Notes under the pieces: generated by a model
What the model was told of the DNA's origin: nothing
Database searches by the model: none
Seen by the model: the letters and a program-made list of their open reading frames with translations, nothing else
Shown here: piece after piece, positions 19,327-28,690 of the stretch
Position numbering within the stretch: position 1 is the first letter of the stretch
Layout of the letters: every line of letters starts with the position of its first letter
Made by a program: the position numbers and the translations under genes
Source: Verrucomicrobiota bacterium
GTDB lineage: Bacteria > Verrucomicrobiota > Verrucomicrobiia > Opitutales > Seribacteraceae
NCBI GenBank assembly: GCA_027622665.1
Contig: JAQBYT010000030.1
Location: 1 to 52,734, forward strand
Direction: 5' to 3'
DNA: 52,734 bases

Positions 19327-20142
19327 TTAGGCGTTGTCGCCCGTCAATCTCTGTTTGATCCGTTTGCGGATACGTTCACCGAGGAAATCCAAGAGGGTCA
19401 CTATGAAGAGAATGCACAACAGCACTGTGCTGAACTTGTCCCAACTATTGGGTGAGTCGGCATAGAGTTTAAGGTGGAGTCCGATTCCACCGGCTCCTAC
19501 GTAGCCAATGATACTTGCCGAGCGCACGTTATACTCCAGCATCCACAGAGAGTGACTCCATATCAAGGGTTTCACGTTTGGCCAAAGTCCGTATTGAAAG
19601 GCTTGCATGCGGCTCGCCCCCATGTCCCGGAGCCCTGATCGCACGCGAATGTCGGCCGCCTCAAAGGCCTCGCTGTAGAACTTGCCGAGGTAACCGATGC
19701 TATAGAACGTTAGGGCGATGACGCCTGCCAATGAGTTGGAACCGACGATAACCACTGCCAGCAAGGCCCATAGGAGACTGGGAATAGTGCGAATCAGATT
19801 AAGGAGCATACGAGTCGCAATCACTAGCCACTTGGGAGCTAAGTTTTGCGCAGCCCCGAGAGAAATAAGGAGCGAAATACCGATGGCAAAAAAGGTCGAG
19901 CAAGCCGCGATTTGGAAAGTTTCCCATAGGCTTGCAAGAGTACGTTCCAGAATTGATAAATCCGGCGGGAAAAACTTTGATCCGAAACGAGTAATGTTTT
20001 CCCAGTAGCTCAAATCTCGGCCGGACCCTTCCATGGCAGGAAGGGAAAAGACTACGGCAAGAAGAAACACGAGAAAGGTGAGGTTCACCACGTTCAGGCG
20101 ATTATACCAAGGAACTAGGTCTTCGCGAGGATCAGAGGGCAT
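19327..20142 (-). CDS. phnE: Phosphonate/phosphite-type ABC transporter permease
   Basis: FFPPD, RTIPSLLWAL, GKFYSEAFE and LEYNVRSASIIGYVGAGGIG. Confidence 0.85.
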   Translation of the reverse strand: MPSDPREDLVPWYNRLNVVNLTFLVFLLAVVFSLPAMEGSGRDLSYWENITRFGSKFFPPDLSILERTLASLWETFQIAACSTFFAIGISLLISLGAAQNLAPKWLVIATRMLLNLIRTIPSLLWALLAVVIVGSNSLAGVIALTFYSIGYLGKFYSEAFEAADIRVRSGLRDMGASRMQAFQYGLWPNVKPLIWSHSLWMLEYNVRSASIIGYVGAGGIGLHLKLYADSPNSWDKFSTVLLCILFIVTLLDFLGERIRKRIKQRLTGDNA

Positions 20143-20827
20143 GGCGGGACACGGATTGAAGAGTCCAGTCTTCCGGGCAGTTGGCTGAAAGTTTCAGTTC
20201 GCGGTCTGCGAATTGTCCAACTTGCCGAGGGTCGTGCAGGGCCGCGAAAACCGGTCGCCCGTGTTCTCTTGCCTCTCGTTGGAAAAGATTCAGGGCAGCA
20301 TCAGCTCGAGCGAAGTCGAGACTAGCTACTGGTTCGTCCGCCAGAAAGAGTGCAGGTTCCTGCAAGAGTGCTCGGGCAATCGCCACACGTTGCTGTTCTC
20401 CTCGGGAGGTTTCTGCAGCCCATTTGTGAGCGAGGTTGGCTATGCCGAGCTCTTGCAACGTATTGAAGGCATCCGTCCGATCTTGTTCGGGGAACCCCCA
20501 AAGCGTTCGAGCAAAGCCATAGCGGTTTAGCCTGCCACAAAGTGTATTTGTGAGGACTGAAGCGCCATCGGTCAGTAAGAGATCTTGAAATACAATGCCA
20601 ATGCCTTTGTTTTTTGGAAAACTACGGACAATTTCTCCCTCAGTTGGTTCCCTTGCGCCCGCGAGACAGGAGAGCAGGCTTGATTTTCCGACGCCTGAAG
20701 GGCCTGTAAGGGCTAGGAACTCTCCGGAAAGAAGGCTGAAATCAAGATTTCGAAAAAGCCAGCGTCCGTCCAAACGTAAACCGAGACCACGGGCGGTTAG
20801 CAGAGGCAAAACATTGTCTCTTGTCAT
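20132..20827 (-). CDS. phnC: Phosphonate-type ABC transporter ATP-binding protein
   Basis: Walker A GPSGVGKS, IGIVFQD, N.LCGRL, GEQQRVAIARAL, LADEPVASLD and H-loop LHD. Confidence 0.85.
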   Translation of the reverse strand: MTRDNVLPLLTARGLGLRLDGRWLFRNLDFSLLSGEFLALTGPSGVGKSSLLSCLAGAREPTEGEIVRSFPKNKGIGIVFQDLLLTDGASVLTNTLCGRLNRYGFARTLWGFPEQDRTDAFNTLQELGIANLAHKWAAETSRGEQQRVAIARALLQEPALFLADEPVASLDFARADAALNLFQREAREHGRPVFAALHDPRQVGQFADRELKLSANCPEDWTLQSVSRHAL

Positions 20828-20853
20828 TAGTCGCGGAAATTATATCCGCTACA

Positions 20854-21795
20854 TTATGGCTTGATAGTTTTCTGGACCTCTAGTGCTTCTCGGGTGACTT
20901 TCAGGTGCTCTTCCGGATCCACGGTGACTAGCTCTCCGTTGAAAACCTTGTCACGCAATTCAGGATTGTCTTCGTTCATTCCCAGCAGGGTTTGCCGGAT
21001 GAGGTCGCGATCCGCAGCGGAAAGGCTCAACCGATAGCAAATGGTGTGCGAGGGCACGGGACCCTGCTCTTGTACGATCTTCAGTTTCGCCTTTTGTTTG
21101 TCCGACAAGTACTTGTTGTCTCCCTTGTATACGTAGTCGCTGACGGCTGCCGCCTCTACTTCGCCGCTCAATACTTTTTCTACGGCGGAGACATAGCCCG
21201 TACCGTAGATAGTCTGGGCAAAATAGTCGGTCAGGGCTTTTTGGGGACCAACTAGTCCGCGCTTGGAGAGATCCCAAGTGGGGATGAGAAAACCAGATGT
21301 GCTGCTATGACTAGCGAATGCCACCGGTTTATCTTTTAGGTCTTCGATCGAGCCGTAGTCCTTGTCCTTTAGGCTAAGCCAGATGCTATTGTAATGGGGA
21401 TTCCCATTCTTTAAGTGGATGAGCAGAATGGAAGCGGCGGCATCGTCCAAATTCCGTGCGGCATCAGTTGAACTCAGATAACCAATGTCGAGAGTTCCAT
21501 TCTTGAAGCTTTCCACAATAGCCGCCGAGCTTGTCGGAATGATTACCTTTACTTGCCTTGCTAATTTCTCTGACAGGTATTTCTCCAAGGATTCCTTTTC
21601 CGCCAGCATTTTCTCCGGATTCTTGTTCGCCTTGAGTGCGATGACGAGTTGCTTGAGGCTCAATCCGTTGCCTGAGGAGGTGCCGTTGGCATCATTGTCG
21701 GCATTATTACCGCCACAGGAGGCGAACAGAAAGGTGCCTGCAGCAAGGCATGCGGATGAAAAAATAGGGGCAATGCTTTTGTAGGTGATGTTCAT
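20854..21795 (-). CDS. phnD: Phosphate/phosphite/phosphonate-family ABC substrate-binding lipoprotein
   Basis: Lipobox FASC, Y.S..L and AFAS..STSGFLIP, V..G.V.AAAVS; adjacent to phnC and phnE. Confidence 0.8.
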   Translation of the reverse strand: MNITYKSIAPIFSSACLAAGTFLFASCGGNNADNDANGTSSGNGLSLKQLVIALKANKNPEKMLAEKESLEKYLSEKLARQVKVIIPTSSAAIVESFKNGTLDIGYLSSTDAARNLDDAAASILLIHLKNGNPHYNSIWLSLKDKDYGSIEDLKDKPVAFASHSSTSGFLIPTWDLSKRGLVGPQKALTDYFAQTIYGTGYVSAVEKVLSGEVEAAAVSDYVYKGDNKYLSDKQKAKLKIVQEQGPVPSHTICYRLSLSAADRDLIRQTLLGMNEDNPELRDKVFNGELVTVDPEEHLKVTREALEVQKTIKP

Positions 21796-21810
21796 TCGGT
21801 TTTAGAGTTG

Positions 21811-21852
21811 TTGATACTCGGTCTCAATAAGGCCTCGGTGCCTCTGCGTCAA
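21811..21852 (-). promoter_or_regulatory. Promoter of phnDCE with an overlapping 17-bp Fur-box-like palindrome
   Basis: Minus-strand TTGACG (21852-21847), 17-nt spacer, TATTGA. The palindrome TTGATAC-TCG-GTCTCAA (21811-21827) overlaps the -10. Confidence 0.5.
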
Positions 21853-21879
21853 TAGACAAAGCGTCCGGCCGATTAAATT

Positions 21880-23169
21880 TCACTTTAAGGTTTCAATTAA
21901 TCCCTCCAAGGTTCTGCCGGTGGCTCCCGAGTGTGTCTGCGTCCATTGTCTGGCTGCTTGGCCTGTTTGTCGTCGGGCTTCTGCGTCGCCAAGCAGCCGA
22001 ATTACCTGCTCTACAAGTTGTTCCTGATTTCCCACTTCTATAGCCGCGCCTAGTGAAAGAAGACCTTCGCAAACTTCTTGAAAATTTTGATAATTAGGAC
22101 CGAATAGGAGTGGTATCGCTCTCGCCGCGGATTCAATGGGGTTTTGGCCACCTGCATTGGGGGGCAAGGTTTTGCCAATGAAAGCGACATCGGTAACTCG
22201 AATGAGCGAGTCAAGTTCCCCCGTGGTGTCTGCTATGTAAACGGCGTTGTTCGAGGGTGCCTGATTCCCGTTGGAGCGGAAATGGATGGCAAGGTTCTGT
22301 TGCCGCGCGAAGCCATTTGCAATTTCCTGTTTTCGTTCGGCATGCCGAGGGATTATAAGTAGTCGAACAGGTAGGTTTTCAGCGCGTGCGGCGATAAAAG
22401 CTTCAACGAGTGCTTTTTCTTCACCCGGCCAAGTGGAAATCCCTGCGAGAACGAGGTCTGTTTGGGGGAAACCGAACTCTTTCTTCAGCAATTCGGTTGC
22501 TTCCTTCGTTTGCGGAGGTTTTGGTTCGGCGTCCAGTTTTAGGTTGCCCGTGATCTTTATTTTTTCAGTAGCAATGCCGACAGTCTTCCAACGTTCGGCT
22601 TGTCGCTCGGATGCCGCGAATACCTGAATGTGTTTGGGCAAAACAAGTGAACGCAGGAAACGTAATTTTCCTAAACGTGAAAATGTGCGATCGGACAGGC
22701 GAGCGTTAAGAATTACGATGGGAACGTTTCTTTTTCGGGCTTGTTCCATATGTTCGGGCCATAGTTCGCTATCCACCATGGCTACGAGATCGGGCTGAAT
22801 TCTTTTCCATCCTCGGGAGGAGAATGGCAACCAGTCGATCGGGAATGGACCGAGAGCAATTACGTTTTCTAGATGCTGCCTTTGGGCCACGTGAAGCCCC
22901 GTGCTTGTGGTGCAGGATAGTACGACCTCGATGCTCTCCTCAGCAGCCAATTCTTCAAGTAATGGTGAGATGGACACTACCTCCCCTACGCTTACGGCCT
23001 GAATCCATATACGTCTTGTTCCGGGCTTTTTCGGTGGGAGGTCGGGCCAAAGGCCTAAACGCATCCCGACGTTCTTGCCGTATCCGCCCCGCTTGAGCAT
23101 GCGGCGAAGGTAATGCGGCGCGGAAATCAGTGCAGCGAGGGGAAAGAAAATACGATACAGCCAAATCAC
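21880..23169 (-). CDS. waaA: 3-deoxy-D-manno-octulosonic acid (Kdo) transferase
   Basis: IWIQAVSVGEV, TTSTG, SELWP, NARLSDR, GNLKLD, IIPRHAER, DTTGEL and GGQNPIE. Confidence 0.95.
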   Translation of the reverse strand: MIWLYRIFFPLAALISAPHYLRRMLKRGGYGKNVGMRLGLWPDLPPKKPGTRRIWIQAVSVGEVVSISPLLEELAAEESIEVVLSCTTSTGLHVAQRQHLENVIALGPFPIDWLPFSSRGWKRIQPDLVAMVDSELWPEHMEQARKRNVPIVILNARLSDRTFSRLGKLRFLRSLVLPKHIQVFAASERQAERWKTVGIATEKIKITGNLKLDAEPKPPQTKEATELLKKEFGFPQTDLVLAGISTWPGEEKALVEAFIAARAENLPVRLLIIPRHAERKQEIANGFARQQNLAIHFRSNGNQAPSNNAVYIADTTGELDSLIRVTDVAFIGKTLPPNAGGQNPIESAARAIPLLFGPNYQNFQEVCEGLLSLGAAIEVGNQEQLVEQVIRLLGDAEARRQTGQAARQWTQTHSGATGRTLEGLIETLK

Positions 23170-23253
23170 TCTTCAGATGTATTAATGGTAAAAAGTCGCT
23201 TTACCGTTGCCTTGTTCGCTTTGGCTGGGAAAATTTCCATTTTTTAAAATAAT

Positions 23254-24072
23254 ATGAAAAACAGTGATCGTATCGCGAAACTATTCGCACAAAAGAAAAA
23301 AGAAGGATTGTCGGTCTTCATCGGCTATGTTTGCGCCTGCGATCCCGATTTTGAGAATTCTTTGAGCATTTGTAAGTCTCTTCTAGCAAACGGTGTGGAC
23401 CTGTTGGAGTTGGGAGTACCTTTCTCCGATCCTTTGGCCGACGGCAAAACCAACCAGCTGGCAGCGCAACGAGCCTTGGATGCAGGTTGCTTGCAGGAAG
23501 ACGTTTTTAGACTAGTGAAGGCCATTCGAGAGTTTTCGGAGGCTCCCATCGTGTTTTATACTTATTACAACTTGGTTTTCTCACAAGGTGTCGAAACTTA
23601 CGTCGATAAAAGTATTGAGGCCGGTGTCGATGGTTTGCTGACTCTGGATTTGCCCCCCGAGGAGGCGGATGACCTTGTAGCCGCTTCCCGTGAACGAGGG
23701 ATGAAAAATATTTTTATCGTGGCGCCCACTACGCCCGAAGAGCGCATCCCACTTATTGCGGCATCCGCTTCCGGTTTCTTGTATTATGTATCGCGAGAAG
23801 GTGTAACCGGTGAACGCGAAGACTTGGCGGGTGATCTTGCCGATAGGGTGGCGACTATTCGTCGCCATGCCGATTTGCCTGTGGTGGTCGGTTTTGGTAT
23901 TTCCAATTCCAAGCAGGTTAGGGCAATCGGTGAGATAGCGGACGGGGTAGTGGTAGGCAGTGCTTTGGTGAACTGCATTCTCCAGAATTTTGAATCTCTC
24001 GAACAAATTCCCGCCAAGATTGGTGACAAGGCCCGTGAATTGGCTCAGGGGTTGCAACCCTTGTCTGGGTAA
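23254..24072 (+). CDS. trpA: Tryptophan synthase alpha chain
   Basis: LELGVPFSDPLADG, DLPPEE, YYVSREGVTG, VGFGIS and DGVVVGSA. Confidence 0.98.
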   Translation: MKNSDRIAKLFAQKKKEGLSVFIGYVCACDPDFENSLSICKSLLANGVDLLELGVPFSDPLADGKTNQLAAQRALDAGCLQEDVFRLVKAIREFSEAPIVFYTYYNLVFSQGVETYVDKSIEAGVDGLLTLDLPPEEADDLVAASRERGMKNIFIVAPTTPEERIPLIAASASGFLYYVSREGVTGEREDLAGDLADRVATIRRHADLPVVVGFGISNSKQVRAIGEIADGVVVGSALVNCILQNFESLEQIPAKIGDKARELAQGLQPLSG

Positions 24073-24110
24073 GATGTCGGTGAACTCCTTTCGCTACAGG
24101 CGTTAATCTG

Positions 24111-25043
24111 ATGGAGGACGCCCCTCGGATTTACTTTGTTGCCGGGGTCACTGCGGTGGGTAAGACGGCTTTCTCTTTGGATTGGGCGGAGCGGGAATGT
24201 GCGGAAGTTTTATCCTGCGACGCACTTTTGTTCTATCGCGGAATGGATGTCGGGACTGCGAAACCTACGAAGTTAGAACGGGATCGAGTGCCGCATCACG
24301 GGATCGATTTGTGCGAACCATCCGATTCCTTTGATGTTGCTCGCTATGTGGATTATGCCAAATCGAAAGTGAAGGAGATTCACGAACGCGGTCGTCCCGT
24401 GCTGGTCGTGGGTGGGAGCGGGTTTTACCTGAAAGGCTTTTTTGAACCGGTTTCGGACGGGTTGGTGATTCCGGAGGGGATACGCGAAAAGGTCGAACTT
24501 TTGGAATGTGAGGAAGGGCTCAATGGGTTGCTTCAGCAATTACGAGAAAACAGCCCCGGCGGTCTAGGCGGTATTGATTTGATGAATCCCCGGCGAGTTG
24601 CTCGTGCTCTGGAGCGTTGTCTTGCAAGTGGTGACTCGGTGACCGTGCTTCAAAAACGTTTCCTAGAAGCCCCAAGCCCCTTCGATTGCTATGCAAGGCA
24701 TTCTTGTCTCTTGGAGAGGGAATCTCCCGATTTGGAGAAACGAATTCGACTGCGCTCTGCCAGGATTCTTAACGCGGGATTGGTTGAGGAAACCGAACAC
24801 TTGCTTGCACGCGGGTTGGTGGGAAATGCGACAGCCTGCCGAGCCGTTGGTTACCGAGAGGTCTTGGCCATGCTGGACGGTAGTTTGCCCAAAGACCAAT
24901 TATTGGAGACAATAATTCGTTCCACGTTGCAGCTGGCGGCGAAGCAGCGAAAATGGTTTCGAAACCAGTTTCATCCTGATGTAAGGTTGGCAGCGGGTGC
25001 AGGTAATTCTTTCTCGATTAACGACTTTCCTTTGGCGCCCTAA
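24111..25043 (+). CDS. miaA: tRNA dimethylallyltransferase
   Basis: GVTAVGKT, SCDAL.FYRGMDVGTAKP, VGGSGFY, AVGYRE and AAKQRKWFR. Confidence 0.96.
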   Translation: MEDAPRIYFVAGVTAVGKTAFSLDWAERECAEVLSCDALLFYRGMDVGTAKPTKLERDRVPHHGIDLCEPSDSFDVARYVDYAKSKVKEIHERGRPVLVVGGSGFYLKGFFEPVSDGLVIPEGIREKVELLECEEGLNGLLQQLRENSPGGLGGIDLMNPRRVARALERCLASGDSVTVLQKRFLEAPSPFDCYARHSCLLERESPDLEKRIRLRSARILNAGLVEETEHLLARGLVGNATACRAVGYREVLAMLDGSLPKDQLLETIIRSTLQLAAKQRKWFRNQFHPDVRLAAGAGNSFSINDFPLAP

Positions 25044-25116
25044 ACTTGACCCCGAGCGTTTCAGCATCCAAGATTGAAATTCACCTCATTCTTTATCTCT
25101 TAAACTTTTCGAGTCG

Positions 25117-25935
25117 ATGGAACCCTTGTCCCGAATAGCCATCGTTACCAACGCCAACAAGGTTGGTGCGGTCGAAGCTGCCTCCACCTTGGAGGCGATT
25201 GCACAGGCGGAAGGCGTCGAGGTTCGTTCAACTGCGGAATTCCCCCCATCCGAAGGTTTTCTCGAAGGCGTGGATGCCTGTTTCGTTGTGGGCGGGGATG
25301 GAACGCTTCTCGGAATGCTCGATGAAGCCGTGCGTTTGAATGTGCCCGTTGCCGGAGTAAAGCATGGACAGCTGGGATTTCTCGCCACTTTTTCTCCGGA
25401 AGATTTACGGCATCAGTTACCCCCAATCTTTCGCGGAGCTTATCAAGTTCGTCGTCGATCTCTGTTGAGGTGCAAGTTCGGCTCGGGGGACTCGCGATTG
25501 GCCCTTAATGACATTGTCGTGAAAAGTGGCTCAGATTCCCGGCTTGCTCGACTAGCCGTCCGGGTTGAGGACGAACCCGTGGCTGAGTACGCCTGCGACG
25601 GTGTCATCTTTTCCACGCCTACCGGATCTACTGCCTACAATTTGGCTGCAGGAGGCCCCCTTGTTCATCCTGCTGCCCACGTGGTGGTAATGACTCCTAT
25701 CTCCGCTCATACTTTGACTAGTCGGAGCGTTGTCTTCCCTCGAGAGACTCGGCTTTTTGTGGAATCCGTGGGTGAGCAGGATCCGCCGACAGTGGCCGCT
25801 GATGGGCAAGACGCTTACGCTGGCTCGAACCCTTTGCCTCTAGAAGTGGTCGTGCCGGAAGAAACCTTTCCTCTCCTCGAGGAGAAGAACCATTCCCATT
25901 TCCGTGTATTACGGAATAAACTGAAGTGGGATTGA
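25117..25935 (+). CDS. nadK: NAD(+) kinase
   Basis: GGDGTLL, G.LGFLA, ALND and DG.IFSTPTGSTAYNLAAGGP. Confidence 0.96.
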   Translation: MEPLSRIAIVTNANKVGAVEAASTLEAIAQAEGVEVRSTAEFPPSEGFLEGVDACFVVGGDGTLLGMLDEAVRLNVPVAGVKHGQLGFLATFSPEDLRHQLPPIFRGAYQVRRRSLLRCKFGSGDSRLALNDIVVKSGSDSRLARLAVRVEDEPVAEYACDGVIFSTPTGSTAYNLAAGGPLVHPAAHVVVMTPISAHTLTSRSVVFPRETRLFVESVGEQDPPTVAADGQDAYAGSNPLPLEVVVPEETFPLLEEKNHSHFRVLRNKLKWD

Positions 25936-25967
25936 CCCTCAACGTCGTGAAATAATTCTAGGTTTTT

Positions 25968-27665
25968 ATGCTCTTCCCCGGCACACGCATCGGACCTGCT
26001 CGCATCCTTCGGCATTTGGGCGAGAATTTGTTCGGGGATTCCTATGAGGTGGTTGGGGAAGCTGGGAAAGGGAAGGGGGATCACTTTTTAGTGAAGGTAT
26101 TGCCTCGCGAGCTGTTGGGAAATCCCGGGTTTTCGGATCACTTTCTACGAGAATGTCAAGTTGTCGAGCAGCTCGATCAAGATGGCATTTCCGCCCTCGA
26201 GAGTTATGGCGTCACCAAATGGAAGCACTGGTTGCGTTACGCTTGGGAACCCGGACTCGAACTTGCCGCAGCGACTGAGAATACGGAGGAAACTGACGGG
26301 CCTCCCAAATTTCGCCGAGCATCTTCCTTGTGGGAGTACATGGATGCACGGACCGAACCTTTGCTGGAGGAGGAAGCTTTAGTTGTTTTGACATCCATTC
26401 TTCTTGCGCTGAGGAGTGCCCATGCCGTTGGTCTCATGCATGGTAACTTGAAACCGAGCAACGTGTTGCTGGGAATGACGGACTCTGGAAGCATCGATGC
26501 CCGCTTGACTGAGTTCAGCCTGTCCCGCCTCACCGGCGAAGAATGGTTCCGTGCTCGCTGGAAGGCCGCCGAGGATGCTAATCCATCTGAGGAGCTATCC
26601 GAAGCTATGATTGCGTCTCGGGCAACTTTTCTTCATCGATCTCCCGAGGAACTTGCCGGTGGAGTGGGGGAAGAGCAGAGCGATCTTTTCTCCATCGGTC
26701 TTGTGGCTCGACGAATGTTGACTGGCTGTTCTCCCGAAAAGGTCCGTTCCCCTGAATTGGATGAAAACTTACCTCTTGCATGGGCAGAATGGATGGCAAA
26801 AGCCACTGCGAAGAAACCGGAGGATCGTTTTCCAGATGTCGGTCGCGCGATTGTGGCCCTGCCGGGCATTGGGGACATCACTCGGTTTGGTTTAAGCTCG
26901 GAGGAAGAACCGGATGAGCAAAGCCTTATCGATGCCGAGCAACTTCGGCTGCAACGAGAGATCGAGTGGGAAGCGGCCGAGAAAGCTCGAAGCCTCAAAG
27001 CCAAACGAGGTATCACCGGCCTTTTGGCGGGAGTCTTCCTTGCCTGTTATCTTGTTTCTAGCATTCACGCTCTGCTCTATCCAAAGCCTTGGGTGGAGTA
27101 CAAGCACGCTACGGCTCTAGATAGTTTTCAACTGGGCGTAGGCTTGTGGAGTGGAAAAGCATGGGGAGTGACTCCCAAAATTTACGATCCCCTCAAGAAA
27201 GGTGGCCAAGATGTTCCCGGTGAATGGACCTTGGATGACGGACATTTTCAGCTGCGTTTTCGAAGATTCAAATTGGTAGGTCCAAATGATAACGGAAAAA
27301 AACGTTGGCAGAGCATGGGTACGGATTCCACCAGTCCTGACGATTACTTCGTTTGGACGGATGTTCTTAGCTACGATCGAGACTCGGATGCACTGATGTT
27401 TGTTAAACGAATAGGTGATAAGGGTGAAACCTATATCCCTGTTGCCGACAAGAATGGGGACATCCGCTTTGTGCTTGAGAGTCGGCTGGGAAATCCCGCC
27501 AACGGTTTCAAAAAAGCTGAATTGCGTTTCGATCCGGAGAAAAGCGGGGAATCGCACTGGACCTTGTTTTTCGGGCTTGGCTTTCTCGCGTCCAGTTTAC
27601 TTTACCGCTTTGGGCAAATACCTCTTTTGAGTCGGTCTAAGAAATCTGATTCGACACAAGCATAA
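25968..27665 (+). CDS. Membrane-anchored Hanks-type Ser/Thr kinase-like protein, probable pseudokinase
   Basis: Kinase fold (LG..LFG, VKVL, F.RE, HGNLKPSNVLL, SPEE, SDLFSIG, PEDRF) with HRD replaced by HGN and DFG replaced by EFS; two TM helices flank an extracytoplasmic domain. Confidence 0.8.
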   Translation: MLFPGTRIGPARILRHLGENLFGDSYEVVGEAGKGKGDHFLVKVLPRELLGNPGFSDHFLRECQVVEQLDQDGISALESYGVTKWKHWLRYAWEPGLELAAATENTEETDGPPKFRRASSLWEYMDARTEPLLEEEALVVLTSILLALRSAHAVGLMHGNLKPSNVLLGMTDSGSIDARLTEFSLSRLTGEEWFRARWKAAEDANPSEELSEAMIASRATFLHRSPEELAGGVGEEQSDLFSIGLVARRMLTGCSPEKVRSPELDENLPLAWAEWMAKATAKKPEDRFPDVGRAIVALPGIGDITRFGLSSEEEPDEQSLIDAEQLRLQREIEWEAAEKARSLKAKRGITGLLAGVFLACYLVSSIHALLYPKPWVEYKHATALDSFQLGVGLWSGKAWGVTPKIYDPLKKGGQDVPGEWTLDDGHFQLRFRRFKLVGPNDNGKKRWQSMGTDSTSPDDYFVWTDVLSYDRDSDALMFVKRIGDKGETYIPVADKNGDIRFVLESRLGNPANGFKKAELRFDPEKSGESHWTLFFGLGFLASSLLYRFGQIPLLSRSKKSDSTQA

Positions 27666-27688
27666 GCCTAGGCCAGTGTTGGTGAGGA

Positions 27689-28597
27689 ATGACCTTTTTA
27701 AATGATAGCGGCCGCAGAGGAATTACTCTTGTCCTTTGCGTTCTGATTCCATTGGTCTTCGCATCCTGTGGAAAGGAACCCGATGGTGAGTACGTGGGAG
27801 AAATTTTCGACTGGGAAAGCGAAGTTTTTCAAGCCCGGTCCCTACGTGTCGAAGGACAAGATTACTTTTTGCAACTCATTTTGAGGCAAGTGGGCCAGGA
27901 AATGCCCGCCGAGTTGCTGTTCAGGCATCAAAAAACCAACAAGGAAAAACTTCGGACAGGTACTTGGAGGATGGGGGATGGAAAACGGGTAATTGCTTTT
28001 CCCGACGGCAAAGAAGTCCAAGAGTATTTCCTCTACAAAAAAGGATCTCGTTTTGTGCTGCAGGATAGATGGGGCTTGGTCGACGACAATGGCTCGATGT
28101 TCGTTCTTATCCGCAACAAAGGGAAGTCACGAAAACGGTCTTTCCCGATTGCTTTTACTTTCGAGTCCGACGGGGAAGCCCGTTTCACCAGTCAAGCTAT
28201 GCCGAAAGGTGTCTCTGGTGAATGGCAGATGATAGACAAACGTGTGGCCGCCAGTTTTTTGGATAAAGATACAGGTGAACGACAAAAGTATTTTCTTTTT
28301 TGGAAGGGAGACAACTTGGCGATTGAGAAACTAACTATGTACTTGCCGTTCTTCCACAAGTATTATGTTCGATTACCGGATGAAGCCAAGCCTTCCGGAC
28401 CTTTCTCCGCCAAGGAGCTGAGGGAGGGCTTCGACAGTGGCCGATTCGGCGAACGGCATGAAGCCTCACACGACAACCAAACGTGGATTCCCATCAATAA
28501 GGTAATGGGGTTTGAGCCGGGCACTCGGCAGCTCAAAAGAAAAAACTGGATGTACCATACCGTTTTCGATGATTCGCCGGTTCTCAAGCCTCGCTAG
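27689..28597 (+). CDS. Hypothetical lipoprotein with a C-terminal GYF_2 (DUF4339)-like domain
   Basis: Lipobox FASC; YYVR...GPFS..EL......GR........W.P pattern near the C-terminus. Confidence 0.7.
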   Translation: MTFLNDSGRRGITLVLCVLIPLVFASCGKEPDGEYVGEIFDWESEVFQARSLRVEGQDYFLQLILRQVGQEMPAELLFRHQKTNKEKLRTGTWRMGDGKRVIAFPDGKEVQEYFLYKKGSRFVLQDRWGLVDDNGSMFVLIRNKGKSRKRSFPIAFTFESDGEARFTSQAMPKGVSGEWQMIDKRVAASFLDKDTGERQKYFLFWKGDNLAIEKLTMYLPFFHKYYVRLPDEAKPSGPFSAKELREGFDSGRFGERHEASHDNQTWIPINKVMGFEPGTRQLKRKNWMYHTVFDDSPVLKPR

Positions 28598-28690
28598 ATA
28601 GGAAGCTCATTGATTCTTGCATTCCATCAGCCGTGGTTGACTTGCACCTAACTTTAGGCATTATAGTCACCTTTTTTCCTCATCTCCGAT

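Noticed and set aside
20390..20410. Degenerate ABC signature TSRGEQQ in PhnC as a sign of inactivity
   Set aside because: Such signature variants occur in active ABC ATPases; Walker A, Walker B and the H-loop are intact.
16826..21795. Genomic island integrated at tRNA-His
   Set aside because: No integrase, and I found no duplicated tRNA 3' end (att site) in the window.
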